From: Candidatus Woesearchaeota archaeon
Lineage (GTDB): Archaea; Nanobdellota; Nanobdellia; SCGC-AAA011-G17; ARS1403
Assembly (NCBI GenBank): GCA_018302705.1
Contig: JAGVZI010000020.1
Span: forward strand, 1,081 to 65,080
Reading direction: 5' to 3'
DNA length: 64,000 nucleotides
Below the pieces are notes generated by a model, which saw nothing but the letters and a program-made list of their open reading frames with translations, ran no database searches and was not told where the DNA came from. The position numbers and the translations under genes were made by a program. This document shows positions 47,703-56,193 of the stretch, piece after piece. The stretch's first letter is position 1. Each line of letters opens with the position of its first letter.

Positions 47703-47897
47703 CTATTTCCTAGCCATATTTATTGCCCATAATGCAGCCAAACCTACCAAAACATAGACAATTCTCTCTAGCCAGGAAACCGATCCGAGAATAAGGTTCA
47801 CCAAATTAAAGTCGAGAGCGCCAATCAATCCCCAGTTTATTCCACCAATAATTACTAAGACTAAAGCAATCCAATCCCAAACACTTTTTTCGGCCAT
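47703..47897 (-). CDS. DUF378 family small membrane protein
   Basis: LVLVIIGGINWGLIG...FNLV...RIVYVLVGLAAL; GGAGGTGA RBS. Confidence 0.9.
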   Translation of the reverse strand: MAEKSVWDWIALVLVIIGGINWGLIGALDFNLVNLILGSVSWLERIVYVLVGLAALWAINMARK

Positions 47898-47935
47898 TTT
47901 TTCTTCACCTCCTTTTTTTTATTTAAGTCTAAAAT

Positions 47936-48337
47936 TTAAATGAGCTCCTTAATTACCAATATAATCAGTAGCACCCAGATCAAAATCGACAGCCAGGCTT
48001 TTCTTGCAATGTTTTTTTCTTTCAATAGTTTTCTGCCTAGTTGCAATACCTCTTTAGAGTAAACAGCCATGCCCGCAGCACTAATCAAAACAACGAATAA
48101 GATAACTCCAAAAATCTGTACAATACTAATCTCTTGCAATAGCTGATAAAAAACAATACCCGCAAGTACTAAAGAAACAACAACGAAAGCTTTAGGATTC
48201 TTCCATACAACCTCGATAATATCAATCCATCTCTCGGGGTTCTTCAAAATAACCAGAATCTTTATCAAACTAACAACCACTACGACCCAAGCAAAGATTT
48301 CTATCGGAGTCATTCTAGCTAAGATATAGGGGTTCAA
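47936..48337 (-). CDS. Membrane protein (4 TM)
   Basis: Hydrophobic helices; start may be MTPIE at 48313. Confidence 0.65.
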   Translation of the reverse strand: MNPYILARMTPIEIFAWVVVVVSLIKILVILKNPERWIDIIEVVWKNPKAFVVVSLVLAGIVFYQLLQEISIVQIFGVILFVVLISAAGMAVYSKEVLQLGRKLLKEKNIARKAWLSILIWVLLIILVIKELI

Positions 48338-48429
48338 GCACTATATAAATATTCCTACACCCTGCCTGCTCACTCGTTTACTTTACATACACATCAAACA
48401 AGGAGAACAAAAGGATATAGTTGGAATGA

Positions 48430-48615
48430 GCAGGAGAGAAATCCGGGATAGAAAAAGAAATTTGTCCCAATGCTTTACGACATTCATTTGCAGTGCATCT
48501 ATCAGAAGATGGAAGGGACATAAGATCCATACAAAGATTACCGGGTTACACAGATTTATCGACGACGCATAGACCTACCTACAGAGGGCAGCTAAAGAAA
48601 GCGAAGATCCTCTAG
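48430..48615 (+). pseudogene. Degenerate C-terminal fragment of a tyrosine recombinase
   Basis: AGEKSGIEKEICPNALRHSFAVHLSEDGRDIRSIQRLPGYTDLSTT; decayed H-x-LRHSFATHL...LLGH motif. Confidence 0.8.
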
Positions 48616-48841
48616 AAGCCTAGGATTATCTTAAAAATTCGACGAAAATATTTAATCTACCGACGATAAATTTATATACTTCCTAGTCTTCTCAATATCA
48701 ATCCCAATTAACTTCGGGAAAGAGAGGTGAGAGAATGGTTGTTGGCATTTGCCGGTAACCTTCTTTCTAGTTTCAGATGACATACCTGCCACGTGCGCAC
48801 AGCATTTATAAACAAAAAGTAAGTCTTTATCCTCGATAAAA

Positions 48842-49105
48842 ATGAAAAGTCTAAGTAAAGAACATAAAAGGAAATTAAGCATATCTCAAAGAAAGAGGTT
48901 TTCTTTAAATAGATTTCCTGAAGAAGTTAAAAAGAAAATAAGCGAGGCTAAAAAAATTAGGTGTTATGAAGAAACAGAAGAGGGGAGAATACAATATTTC
49001 AAAAAATTGGGTTATCAAACTTTAATTAATTGGGAGAAAGAACTAAAAAAACCAGAAATTGTTTTAGAAAAAATAAACAATTTTAAATATAATCTTCATC
49101 CATAA
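48842..49105 (+). CDS. Truncated homing-endonuclease-like ORF (NUMOD3-like repeats + Vsr/DUF559-type C-terminus)
   Basis: SKEHKRKLSIS and PEEVKKKISEAKK repeats; RIQYFKKLGYQTLINWEKEL tail; central catalytic part apparently missing. Confidence 0.6.
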   Translation: MKSLSKEHKRKLSISQRKRFSLNRFPEEVKKKISEAKKIRCYEETEEGRIQYFKKLGYQTLINWEKELKKPEIVLEKINNFKYNLHP

Positions 49106-49123
49106 AAAAGGAGGTGAACTAAA

Positions 49124-49323
49124 ATGGGCAAGGTTTTAGTCAAGAACGTTATAAAAAGAAAAGCCGGATATCTATACTATTGATTTTAATCTGCGGGTTA
49201 AATCGGGAAAGTGGACGGCAAAGGTAATCTAAAACTGCTTAGGTAGTTTGGACCTTAGATGTCTGCGAAGCAAAGATGTCCCGAGGCGGAAGAAGAAAGA
49301 AAGCCTCAAAAAGGAGAAGGTGA
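49124..49323 (+). CDS. Small basic protein (45 aa after splicing) interrupted by two BHB introns; exons 49124-49180, 49211-49226, 49259-49323
   Basis: GGAGGTGA RBS; joined exons give MGKVLVKNVIKRKAGYLYYVDGKGNVCEAKMSRGGRRKKASKRRR*; U-rich tract follows. Confidence 0.8.
49181..49210 (+). other. Candidate BHB intron 1 (30 nt)
   Basis: Outer helix TCTA/TGGA (plus GCCG/CGGC), central TACT/GGGA (one A-G mismatch), bulges AT|T and AA|G, inner hairpin GATTTTAATC-TGCG-GGTTAAATC; contains in-frame stops. Confidence 0.7.
49227..49258 (+). other. Candidate BHB intron 2 (32 nt)
   Basis: Outer GGCA/TGTC, central AAGG/CCTT, bulges TA|A and AG|A, inner TCTAAAACTGC-TTAG-GTAGTTTGGA; removal restores frame (GGT A|AT GTC). 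Confidence 0.82.
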
Positions 49324-49347
49324 CTTCTTCTTTTTTTCTTTTTGTTT
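49324..49347 (+). terminator. U-rich archaeal terminator
   Basis: cttcttctttttttctttttgttt directly after the TGA. Confidence 0.5.
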
Positions 49348-49402
49348 CAATTTTCTAGCTAAATATTTATATACAAGTTATTCTCTGCTAATTAGCTAAA
49401 AG

Positions 49403-49495
49403 ATGGTGACCTACCTTTGCAAATACTGCGGCTCAACTTCAGCGTCGCAAAAAACCTGCTGCGATGAAGACATGGTGTTAGTTGCAACCAAATAA
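49403..49495 (+). CDS. 30-aa Cys-rich microprotein (absent from ORF track)
   Basis: MVTYLCKYCGSTSASQKTCCDEDMVLVATK*; CxxC...CC-x3-M metal-binding pattern; TATA-like tttatata upstream. Confidence 0.55.
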   Translation: MVTYLCKYCGSTSASQKTCCDEDMVLVATK

Positions 49496-49515
49496 GTCTA
49501 TGTAATTTCACAAAA

Positions 49516-49752
49516 ATGGAAGAGAAAAATTTAGTCTTGTTCAGATTGGAAGGTTGCCCCTATTGCAAAAGGGCAGAAGATGAATTGAAAAAGAAAGGCA
49601 TTAAATACAGAAAAATAGAGGTCATGCCTGAAAAATCAAAACGTGAAATTCTAAAAAAGGTTTCAGGCCAGGATTCTGTTCCAGTCCTAGTTGAAGTCAT
49701 CGGTGCAAAAAACCAAGATGATGACATCATCGAATGGTTAAAGTCTGAATAG
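49516..49752 (+). CDS. Glutaredoxin
   Basis: CPYC, SGQDSVPVL. Confidence 0.9.
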   Translation: MEEKNLVLFRLEGCPYCKRAEDELKKKGIKYRKIEVMPEKSKREILKKVSGQDSVPVLVEVIGAKNQDDDIIEWLKSE

Positions 49753-49766
49753 TTATTCTCCTAATG

Positions 49767-49997
49767 TTATTCTTCTAATAAATCAGGCAATTCCCTTCCA
49801 TTGGTTCTTTCCCACATCCTAGTTTGAGCGCTTCCAAAATCAAGGCACCCATCACTCCCTATTATTTTATAAGACCTAACATTAAGTTTTTCCAGGTTAG
49901 AACGCCCGTCCTCGTCATGAGTTGTATAGGTATAATGTACCTCTCCGGCATGATCAACTAACTCATATACGTCATATAGTTTTTCCGTCATTCTCAA
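49767..49997 (-). CDS. Hypothetical protein
   Basis: ORF track. Confidence 0.45.
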   Translation of the reverse strand: MRMTEKLYDVYELVDHAGEVHYTYTTHDEDGRSNLEKLNVRSYKIIGSDGCLDFGSAQTRMWERTNGRELPDLLEE

Positions 49998-50005
49998 ATA
50001 AAAAA

Positions 50006-50281
50006 TTAAAGCAGATCCTTTATCCTTCCTATGTGGTCCGCAATTTTATTCCCCGTATCTGTCAACTGTATCACTTTAATCCTTCCCTGCTTCTCAAAGC
50101 CGACCAAGCCGGCTTTTTCCATCTCCTGCAGAATTTTCACAGTATGGGAGTAAGTGCAGTCAACTTCCTTTGCTAAAACACTGCCGTATCTATTTCTTAA
50201 ATTCTTCTTCAAAGCCACCAATATCATCGCAGGCTTTCTTCTAAAAAATACCTCAAAGATTTCCTTCTTTTGCTTTGTCAT
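50006..50281 (-). CDS. Winged-HTH (MarR-like) regulator
   Basis: SVLAKEVDCTYSHTVKILQEMEKAGLV...GRIKVIQLTDTG. Confidence 0.88.
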   Translation of the reverse strand: MTKQKKEIFEVFFRRKPAMILVALKKNLRNRYGSVLAKEVDCTYSHTVKILQEMEKAGLVGFEKQGRIKVIQLTDTGNKIADHIGRIKDLL

Positions 50282-50445
50282 TTAGTTTCCCCCTAACCAC
50301 CTCTCCAACACTCATGTTTTAACGTATATTTAAATACTTATCGTTCAAATTTTAATTTTTTCAACCCCTTTATTCTAGAATATGGGTTCTAAAAATTTAT
50401 AAGCTTAACCATAAGTTTTAAATTAACCTTTTAATTAGCTATCTT

Positions 50446-51726
50446 ATGCTAGATATAAGGTTTTTAAAAGAAAATCCGAAATTAGTTAAGGAAAACATAA
50501 GGAAAAAATATCAGGAAGGCAAATTAGTTCTCGTCGATAAAATAATAGAAAATTACTCAAGGGTCTTGAAGTTAAAGAAAGAAGCAGAAGAGTTGCGCCA
50601 TAGAAGGAACAAGCTTTCAATGGAGATAAACGCTTTAGTTAAAAGAAAAGTTGATGCATCTCCAATTATAAAAGAAGTAAAAGGAATCCCTGGAAAAATA
50701 AAAGACCTTGAAGATAAGAAGCACGAGCTTGAGTTGGAAATGAACCTCCGGCTCATACAAATTCCAAACATAATGCATCCGTCCGTGCCTAAAGGAAAGG
50801 ATCATCTGCAGAACAAAGTGATAAAGAAGCAAGGCAAGGTTCCAAAGTTTAATTTTCAAGTGAGAAACCATGTTGAGCTCGGCGAGCATCTCGGAATTTT
50901 GGATTTTGACTCCTCAGCAGAAACTTCTGGGAATGGATTCTATTATTTGAAAGGGAAATTAGCCCTGCTGAATCAGGCCCTGATTAGGTTCATTATTGAT
51001 TTCATGCAGTTAAAAAAGTACCAGTACATTGAAACCCCATTAATGATAAATAAAAAAGTGGCTGCAGCAGCAGGAGATTTAGACGCGTTCGAAAAAGCGC
51101 TATACAAGATTGAAGCAGAAGATCTGTATCTGGTTCCGACAGCAGAGCACTCATTATTGGGGATGCATTCAAATAAAACATTTTCAGATGAGGATCTTCC
51201 AAGAAAATATTTCTCATACTCAATGTGCTTCAGGAAAGAAATCGGAAGCCATGGAATAAATGAAAAAGGTTTGTGGAGAACTCATCAGTTCAATAAAGTT
51301 GAGCAGTTTATTTTTTGCAGGCCAGACGAGTCTTGGAAGATGTATGAGGAATTAAGAAAGAATACAGAGCAGATTTTTCAGAAATTAAAGCTACCTTATA
51401 GAATCCTGGAGTCGTGCTCAGGAGATTTAGGAAATTGGAAGGCAAAATCAGAAGATCTGGAAGTTTACAGGCCGACGACAAAGCAGTACGAGGAAGTTAC
51501 TTCATTAAGCAACTGCGCTGATTTCCAAGCAAGGGATTTGAATATAAAATTTGTTAACAAAAAAGGAGAGAAGCAGGTAGTGCACACATTAAACAACACG
51601 GCAATAGCAACATCTCGCGCTTTAGTCGCAATAATGGAAAGCTATCAGACAAAGAATGGAGAGATAAAAGTTCCGGCTGTGCTGCAGAAATATACGGGGT
51701 TCAAAGATATAGAAAAGCATAAATAA
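50446..51726 (+). CDS. serS: Serine--tRNA ligase
   Basis: MLDI, coiled-coil arm, PTAE, FRKE, RTHQFNKVEQF, SNCADFQAR, HTLNNT. Confidence 0.96.
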   Translation: MLDIRFLKENPKLVKENIRKKYQEGKLVLVDKIIENYSRVLKLKKEAEELRHRRNKLSMEINALVKRKVDASPIIKEVKGIPGKIKDLEDKKHELELEMNLRLIQIPNIMHPSVPKGKDHLQNKVIKKQGKVPKFNFQVRNHVELGEHLGILDFDSSAETSGNGFYYLKGKLALLNQALIRFIIDFMQLKKYQYIETPLMINKKVAAAAGDLDAFEKALYKIEAEDLYLVPTAEHSLLGMHSNKTFSDEDLPRKYFSYSMCFRKEIGSHGINEKGLWRTHQFNKVEQFIFCRPDESWKMYEELRKNTEQIFQKLKLPYRILESCSGDLGNWKAKSEDLEVYRPTTKQYEEVTSLSNCADFQARDLNIKFVNKKGEKQVVHTLNNTAIATSRALVAIMESYQTKNGEIKVPAVLQKYTGFKDIEKHK

Positions 51727-51776
51727 ATCCTGCACAATAGAAATCTATTTTAATGTTGAAGATTAACCAATGTGCT

Positions 51777-52064
51777 ATGGCAAAGAAACCAAAAGATCAA
51801 GTTGAAAAGGAAATAGAAACCGGCGACAGGGACGAGGATATCTATACAGGGGAGGGGAGGGAAGTAGCAGAAGACGAAGAGGTAATTACAAATGCAGAGG
51901 AAGGATTTATGGAAGGGTATGAAGGGGATGCAAGGGCAGTAAAGTGTGCAAAATGCGGCGTCATGTTAGAGGAAGATTTCATCGAGGAAGAAATAGATGA
52001 TGAAGAATATCGTTTTTGCTCAGAAAGGTGCGCGGAAACTTTTAAAAAGCCAAAAAAACGCTAG
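51777..52064 (+). CDS. Acidic protein with TRASH/YHS-like Cys motif
   Basis: CAKCG...YRFCSERCAETF. Confidence 0.7.
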   Translation: MAKKPKDQVEKEIETGDRDEDIYTGEGREVAEDEEVITNAEEGFMEGYEGDARAVKCAKCGVMLEEDFIEEEIDDEEYRFCSERCAETFKKPKKR

Positions 52065-52070
52065 TTCTTT

Positions 52071-52673
52071 ATGAAAATACTCGCAGCTTCTGATCTTCAT
52101 GGGGATATTAATCTAGCTAAAAGATTGGCGGAGAAAGCAGAAAAGGAAAAAGTAGACATGGTTTTCTTATGCGGTGATTTAACTCTCAATGAAGTTTCAA
52201 CAGAGGGCCTTATAGGTCCGTTTAAAGAAAAAGGTTTGAAAGTAGGCATTATCCCTGGGAATCATGAGTCGCCTGCAACTTCAAATTTCTTGGTTGAAAT
52301 GTATAAACTGATTAATCTTCATGGCTACTCGTATTATATGAATCGGGTTGGGATGTTTGGTTGTGGCTCAGCTAACATGGGCTTGTTCCAATTATCAGAA
52401 GAGGAAATATTTGATTCTCTTGAAAAGGGTCATAGCTACATCGAAGGCACTCAGAAAAAAATAATGGTAACACATGTTCATCCCTCAGGAAGTTTAATAG
52501 AAAGATTTACTCATTTTTTCCCGGGAAGCGGAGCAGTAAGAGATGCAATTGAAAGATTCCAGCCAGACCTAGCTTTATGCGGCCATGTTCATGAAGCAGA
52601 GGGCATTGAGGAAAAGATTGGCAAGACAAAATTGATTAACGTAGGAAGACACGGAAAAATTATTGAGATATAG
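52071..52673 (+). CDS. Calcineurin-like metallophosphoesterase
   Basis: SDLHG, CGD, PGNHE, THVHP, CGHVHE. Confidence 0.9.
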   Translation: MKILAASDLHGDINLAKRLAEKAEKEKVDMVFLCGDLTLNEVSTEGLIGPFKEKGLKVGIIPGNHESPATSNFLVEMYKLINLHGYSYYMNRVGMFGCGSANMGLFQLSEEEIFDSLEKGHSYIEGTQKKIMVTHVHPSGSLIERFTHFFPGSGAVRDAIERFQPDLALCGHVHEAEGIEEKIGKTKLINVGRHGKIIEI

Positions 52674-52700
52674 ATATAATGAAACGGGTTCTATTTTAAG

Positions 52701-54890
52701 ATGGTGGAATTAATTATTTCAGAGAAACCAAGTCAGGCGCAGAAAATAGCTGAAGCATTATCAGATACAAAGCCTAAGAAAATCGTCGATAACAAGGTTT
52801 CTTATTACGAGCTGACGCATAAAGGAAAAAAAATATTTGTGGGGTGTGCAGTCGGGCATCTTTTCAATTTAAGAGAGAAAAACAAGAAAGGCTGGACATA
52901 TCCAGTATTTGATACAGAATGGGCCCCGAGCTATGAATTAAATAAGAATTCAGGTTTCACAAAAAAATACATAGAGATTTTATCAAAACTTACAAAGAGT
53001 AGCAATGAATTTGTAGTCGCATGCGATTATGATTTGGAAGGAAGCCTGATCGGCTACAATGTTCTGAGATTTATTGCAAACAAAAAAGATGGAAAAAGGA
53101 TGAAGTTTTCCACACTGACAAAAGAAGAGCTTCAAGAGTCTTATGAACGTGCATCAAAGCATCTGGATTTTCCGTTGATAGAATCAGGAGAAGCAAGGCA
53201 TATAATCGACTTTTATTTCGGCATTAATCTTTCAAGAGCTTTAACCCTGTCAATTAAGAATGCAACAAATAGATTCAAGATTTTATCCTCTGGAAGAGTT
53301 CAAGGACCAACATTGAAAATTCTTGCTGAGAGAGAACTTGAAATTCAGAAATTTAAGCCCAAGCTGTATTGGGAGTTAGAAGCCCTCGGGGATATTTATT
53401 CGAAACACAAGAAGGATAAATTCTGGGATGGGAAGGAAGTAAAAAAGGTTTACGAAAAAATAAAAAATGAAAAATCCGCAGTTGTAAAAAAAGTAATTAA
53501 AAAAATTCAAAGCCAATCGCCGCCCAATCCGTTTGATTTAACCGCACTTCAATTAGAAGCATACAGGCTTTTTAAAATAAACCCAAAAGATTCTCTGGCC
53601 ATAGCTCAAACCCTCTACACTAAAGCTTATATTTCATATCCAAGAACAAGCTCGAACCAGTTTCCCCCGCAAATAAATATTCGGTTGATAATCCATAAAC
53701 TTTCAGCTCAGAAGGAGTACGCAAAACTTTGTCAGGAGTTGCTTGCAAGAAAAGAACTGAAGCCTAATAATGGCAAGAAAACAGACCCGGCTCATCCGGC
53801 AATATCCCCAACAGGAATAGAGCCAAGAAAACTTTCAGACAGGGAAAATAAAATCTACGACTTAATTGTTCGCAGAACTCTTGCAACACTTGCAGATCCA
53901 GCCAAAAGAGAGTCGGTTTCCATTGATTTAGACATTAAGAAAGAGCCGTTTATATCAACAGGCATAAGGACCATCGATCCAGGATGGCACAGGTTTTATG
54001 GAAGATATGCAAACTTCGACGAGATAAATCTCCCGGATATGAAAGAAGGCGATCTTGTTAAAATTAAAAAAATAAATCTCCTCAGCAAAGAGACTCAGCC
54101 GCCAAAGCGGTATACGCCCGCATCTACAATTAAGGAGCTCGAGCAAAAAAATCTCGGGACAAAAGCAACAAGGGCGAGTATAATCGATGCATTATATCAG
54201 AGAAATTACATTGTAGGTCAATCAATCCAGGTTACAACCCTTGGATTAAAAACAGTTCAAACCCTCGAGAAGTACTGCCCGGAAATACTCGACGAGGAAA
54301 TGACCCGCAAATTGGAACAGGATATGGAAGAGATAAGGGAGAAAAAAGAAACAAAAGAAAAAGTTATACACGATGCTGAAAAACACCTGTCAAAGGTATT
54401 AAAACATTTTAAGGAAAATGAATTAAAAATTGGAAAAGAGCTGTCAGAGGCAAACATTGAAACCCTCGAGCAGGAATCTAGAATAGGGCAGTGCCCGGAA
54501 TGTAAAGAAGGGACCTTATCAATAAAGAGGGGGAAATTTGGGTTATTCATCGCATGTGATCGATATAAAGAAGGGTGTAAAACAACGTTTTCGCTTCCAA
54601 GCAATGCATTAGTAAAGCCGACAGGAAAAATATGCAAGGAATGTAATTACCCGGAAATCTTAGTGATAAGAAGGGGAAAGAGGCCGCAGTCTGTGTGTTT
54701 AAATGTGGACTGCAAGACAAAAGCAGTTCCTCAAGAGGTTTTGAAAGAAAAAAGAAAATGCCCCAAATGCAGCAGCCAGCTGATCATCAGGAAAAGTTTA
54801 TATGGTTCGTTTTTTTCTTGTCCCAATTATCCAAAATGCAAACATATAGAATCCCTACAAAACAAAAATGAAAGCCCAAAAATTTCTTAA
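52701..54890 (+). CDS. topA: DNA topoisomerase I (type IA)
   Basis: SEKPS, DYDLEG, SSGRVQ, ISYPRT, AHPAI, LGTKATR; C-terminal Zn ribbons. Confidence 0.96.
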   Translation: MVELIISEKPSQAQKIAEALSDTKPKKIVDNKVSYYELTHKGKKIFVGCAVGHLFNLREKNKKGWTYPVFDTEWAPSYELNKNSGFTKKYIEILSKLTKSSNEFVVACDYDLEGSLIGYNVLRFIANKKDGKRMKFSTLTKEELQESYERASKHLDFPLIESGEARHIIDFYFGINLSRALTLSIKNATNRFKILSSGRVQGPTLKILAERELEIQKFKPKLYWELEALGDIYSKHKKDKFWDGKEVKKVYEKIKNEKSAVVKKVIKKIQSQSPPNPFDLTALQLEAYRLFKINPKDSLAIAQTLYTKAYISYPRTSSNQFPPQINIRLIIHKLSAQKEYAKLCQELLARKELKPNNGKKTDPAHPAISPTGIEPRKLSDRENKIYDLIVRRTLATLADPAKRESVSIDLDIKKEPFISTGIRTIDPGWHRFYGRYANFDEINLPDMKEGDLVKIKKINLLSKETQPPKRYTPASTIKELEQKNLGTKATRASIIDALYQRNYIVGQSIQVTTLGLKTVQTLEKYCPEILDEEMTRKLEQDMEEIREKKETKEKVIHDAEKHLSKVLKHFKENELKIGKELSEANIETLEQESRIGQCPECKEGTLSIKRGKFGLFIACDRYKEGCKTTFSLPSNALVKPTGKICKECNYPEILVIRRGKRPQSVCLNVDCKTKAVPQEVLKEKRKCPKCSSQLIIRKSLYGSFFSCPNYPKCKHIESLQNKNESPKIS

Positions 54891-55611
54891 GTTTCTAAGC
54901 AATTCTTTTGCAGGTCTCCTTTTCACACTAGCTTTTTTCCTGCTCTTCGCGTCTATATTCCTTTCCAGTTTGCTTGATAACCTTCATGTTTTAGAATCAT
55001 CTTTGCAGGAGGAGTTATCAGATAAAAATTTTATCCTCGAGCAGATCGCAAAAGAATCGAACTTAACTCAGCAGCAAGTAATAGGAATATGCAAGCAGGA
55101 TCCAAGTCAGTCGGAATGCGAGCAGATAGAAAATACTGAGCTGGCAACTAAGCCTGTAATAGACGAGATAAATAAACAGCTGTCCCCTTATAAATCATTA
55201 ATAGGGAATTCAAAATTTCTGGCGTTGTTGCCCTTTGCTCTCAGCATCTTATTTTATTTTTTAGGCACAGTCTCTATCTACGCATCTTTATTCAAGGTTT
55301 CAATTAATGCTTTAATCTCCTCGATATTTGGATATATCGCCTTTAGTTCATTGCCCAAATTTATTCCCGGAGTAGTTGATCAGGCATTCAATATAATCTC
55401 GGCAGATATCTCAAATGAGCTTCCTGTTGGTTTTAAAGAGAGCATCGTCACTGTAATGAGCAGCTGGTTGAAAAACCCCATAGCTAATGTAAACAAATTA
55501 TTCTTCTATATAATAGTGGTTTCTATTCTCACTTCAATCGTTTTTTATTTTCTCAAAAAGGGGCACATCTCATCCCCCGCAGTAACTGAAAATGAAAAAT
55601 CACGGCCTTAA
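54868..55611 (+). CDS. Membrane protein
   Basis: Several TM helices. Confidence 0.65.
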   Translation: MKAQKFLKFLSNSFAGLLFTLAFFLLFASIFLSSLLDNLHVLESSLQEELSDKNFILEQIAKESNLTQQQVIGICKQDPSQSECEQIENTELATKPVIDEINKQLSPYKSLIGNSKFLALLPFALSILFYFLGTVSIYASLFKVSINALISSIFGYIAFSSLPKFIPGVVDQAFNIISADISNELPVGFKESIVTVMSSWLKNPIANVNKLFFYIIVVSILTSIVFYFLKKGHISSPAVTENEKSRP

Positions 55612-55653
55612 TTAACCATAATGTTTATATTCTTAAATGCATAATTCTGATAT

Positions 55654-56193
55654 ATGTATAGAAAAAGAGATTTCTCTGAAGTGCTTTCGTCTGAACTAGT
55701 ATCTGCGACAGGAGGGATTATCGCAGGAACCTTATTGGCAATATTCACAGATAAGCTTTTTTTGCTTCCGGGTTTATTTATCTTCCTCCCGGGGTTTCTC
55801 CAGTTAAAAGGAGCAATCGCAGGTTCATTAGCTGCAAGGCTTGGAACAGAGCTTCATACAAGAAGGATAAGGCCTGGAAAAAAATCAAGGTTGATTACTG
55901 AAAATAAATTAGCCTCCTTTATCCTAATATTTTTTGTTAGCCTGGTATTAGGCGTGACAGCTTATTTATTAACATTTTTTTTATTCAATCAAAATTATCC
56001 GAGGCTTTTGCTTATCCCTTTATTAGCCGCAGTAATCTCCTCTATATTTTTATTCCCTCTAACAACGAAGCTGACTCTCTGGATGTATAAGCATCATCAC
56101 GATCCCGACAATGTAATCGGACCTTATGTAACTACATTAGGAGATATAGAAAGTATATTATCGATATTGTTTGCAATAATTGTATTGACATGA
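55654..56193 (+). CDS. MgtE-type integral membrane domain protein
   Basis: GAIAGSLAARLGTELH, DPDNVIGPYVTTLGD. Confidence 0.85.
   Translation: MYRKRDFSEVLSSELVSATGGIIAGTLLAIFTDKLFLLPGLFIFLPGFLQLKGAIAGSLAARLGTELHTRRIRPGKKSRLITENKLASFILIFFVSLVLGVTAYLLTFFLFNQNYPRLLLIPLLAAVISSIFLFPLTTKLTLWMYKHHHDPDNVIGPYVTTLGDIESILSILFAIIVLT

Noticed and set aside
43930-48430. Integron cassette array
   Set aside because: Genes lie in mixed orientations, no attC-like repeats were found by eye, and the recombinase lacks an obvious IntI-specific insertion.
49178-49263. Programmed ribosomal bypassing as the explanation for the two inserts
   Set aside because: Take-off and landing codons do not match (TAT vs AAA; AAT vs GAT), whereas BHB geometry predicts both junctions exactly.
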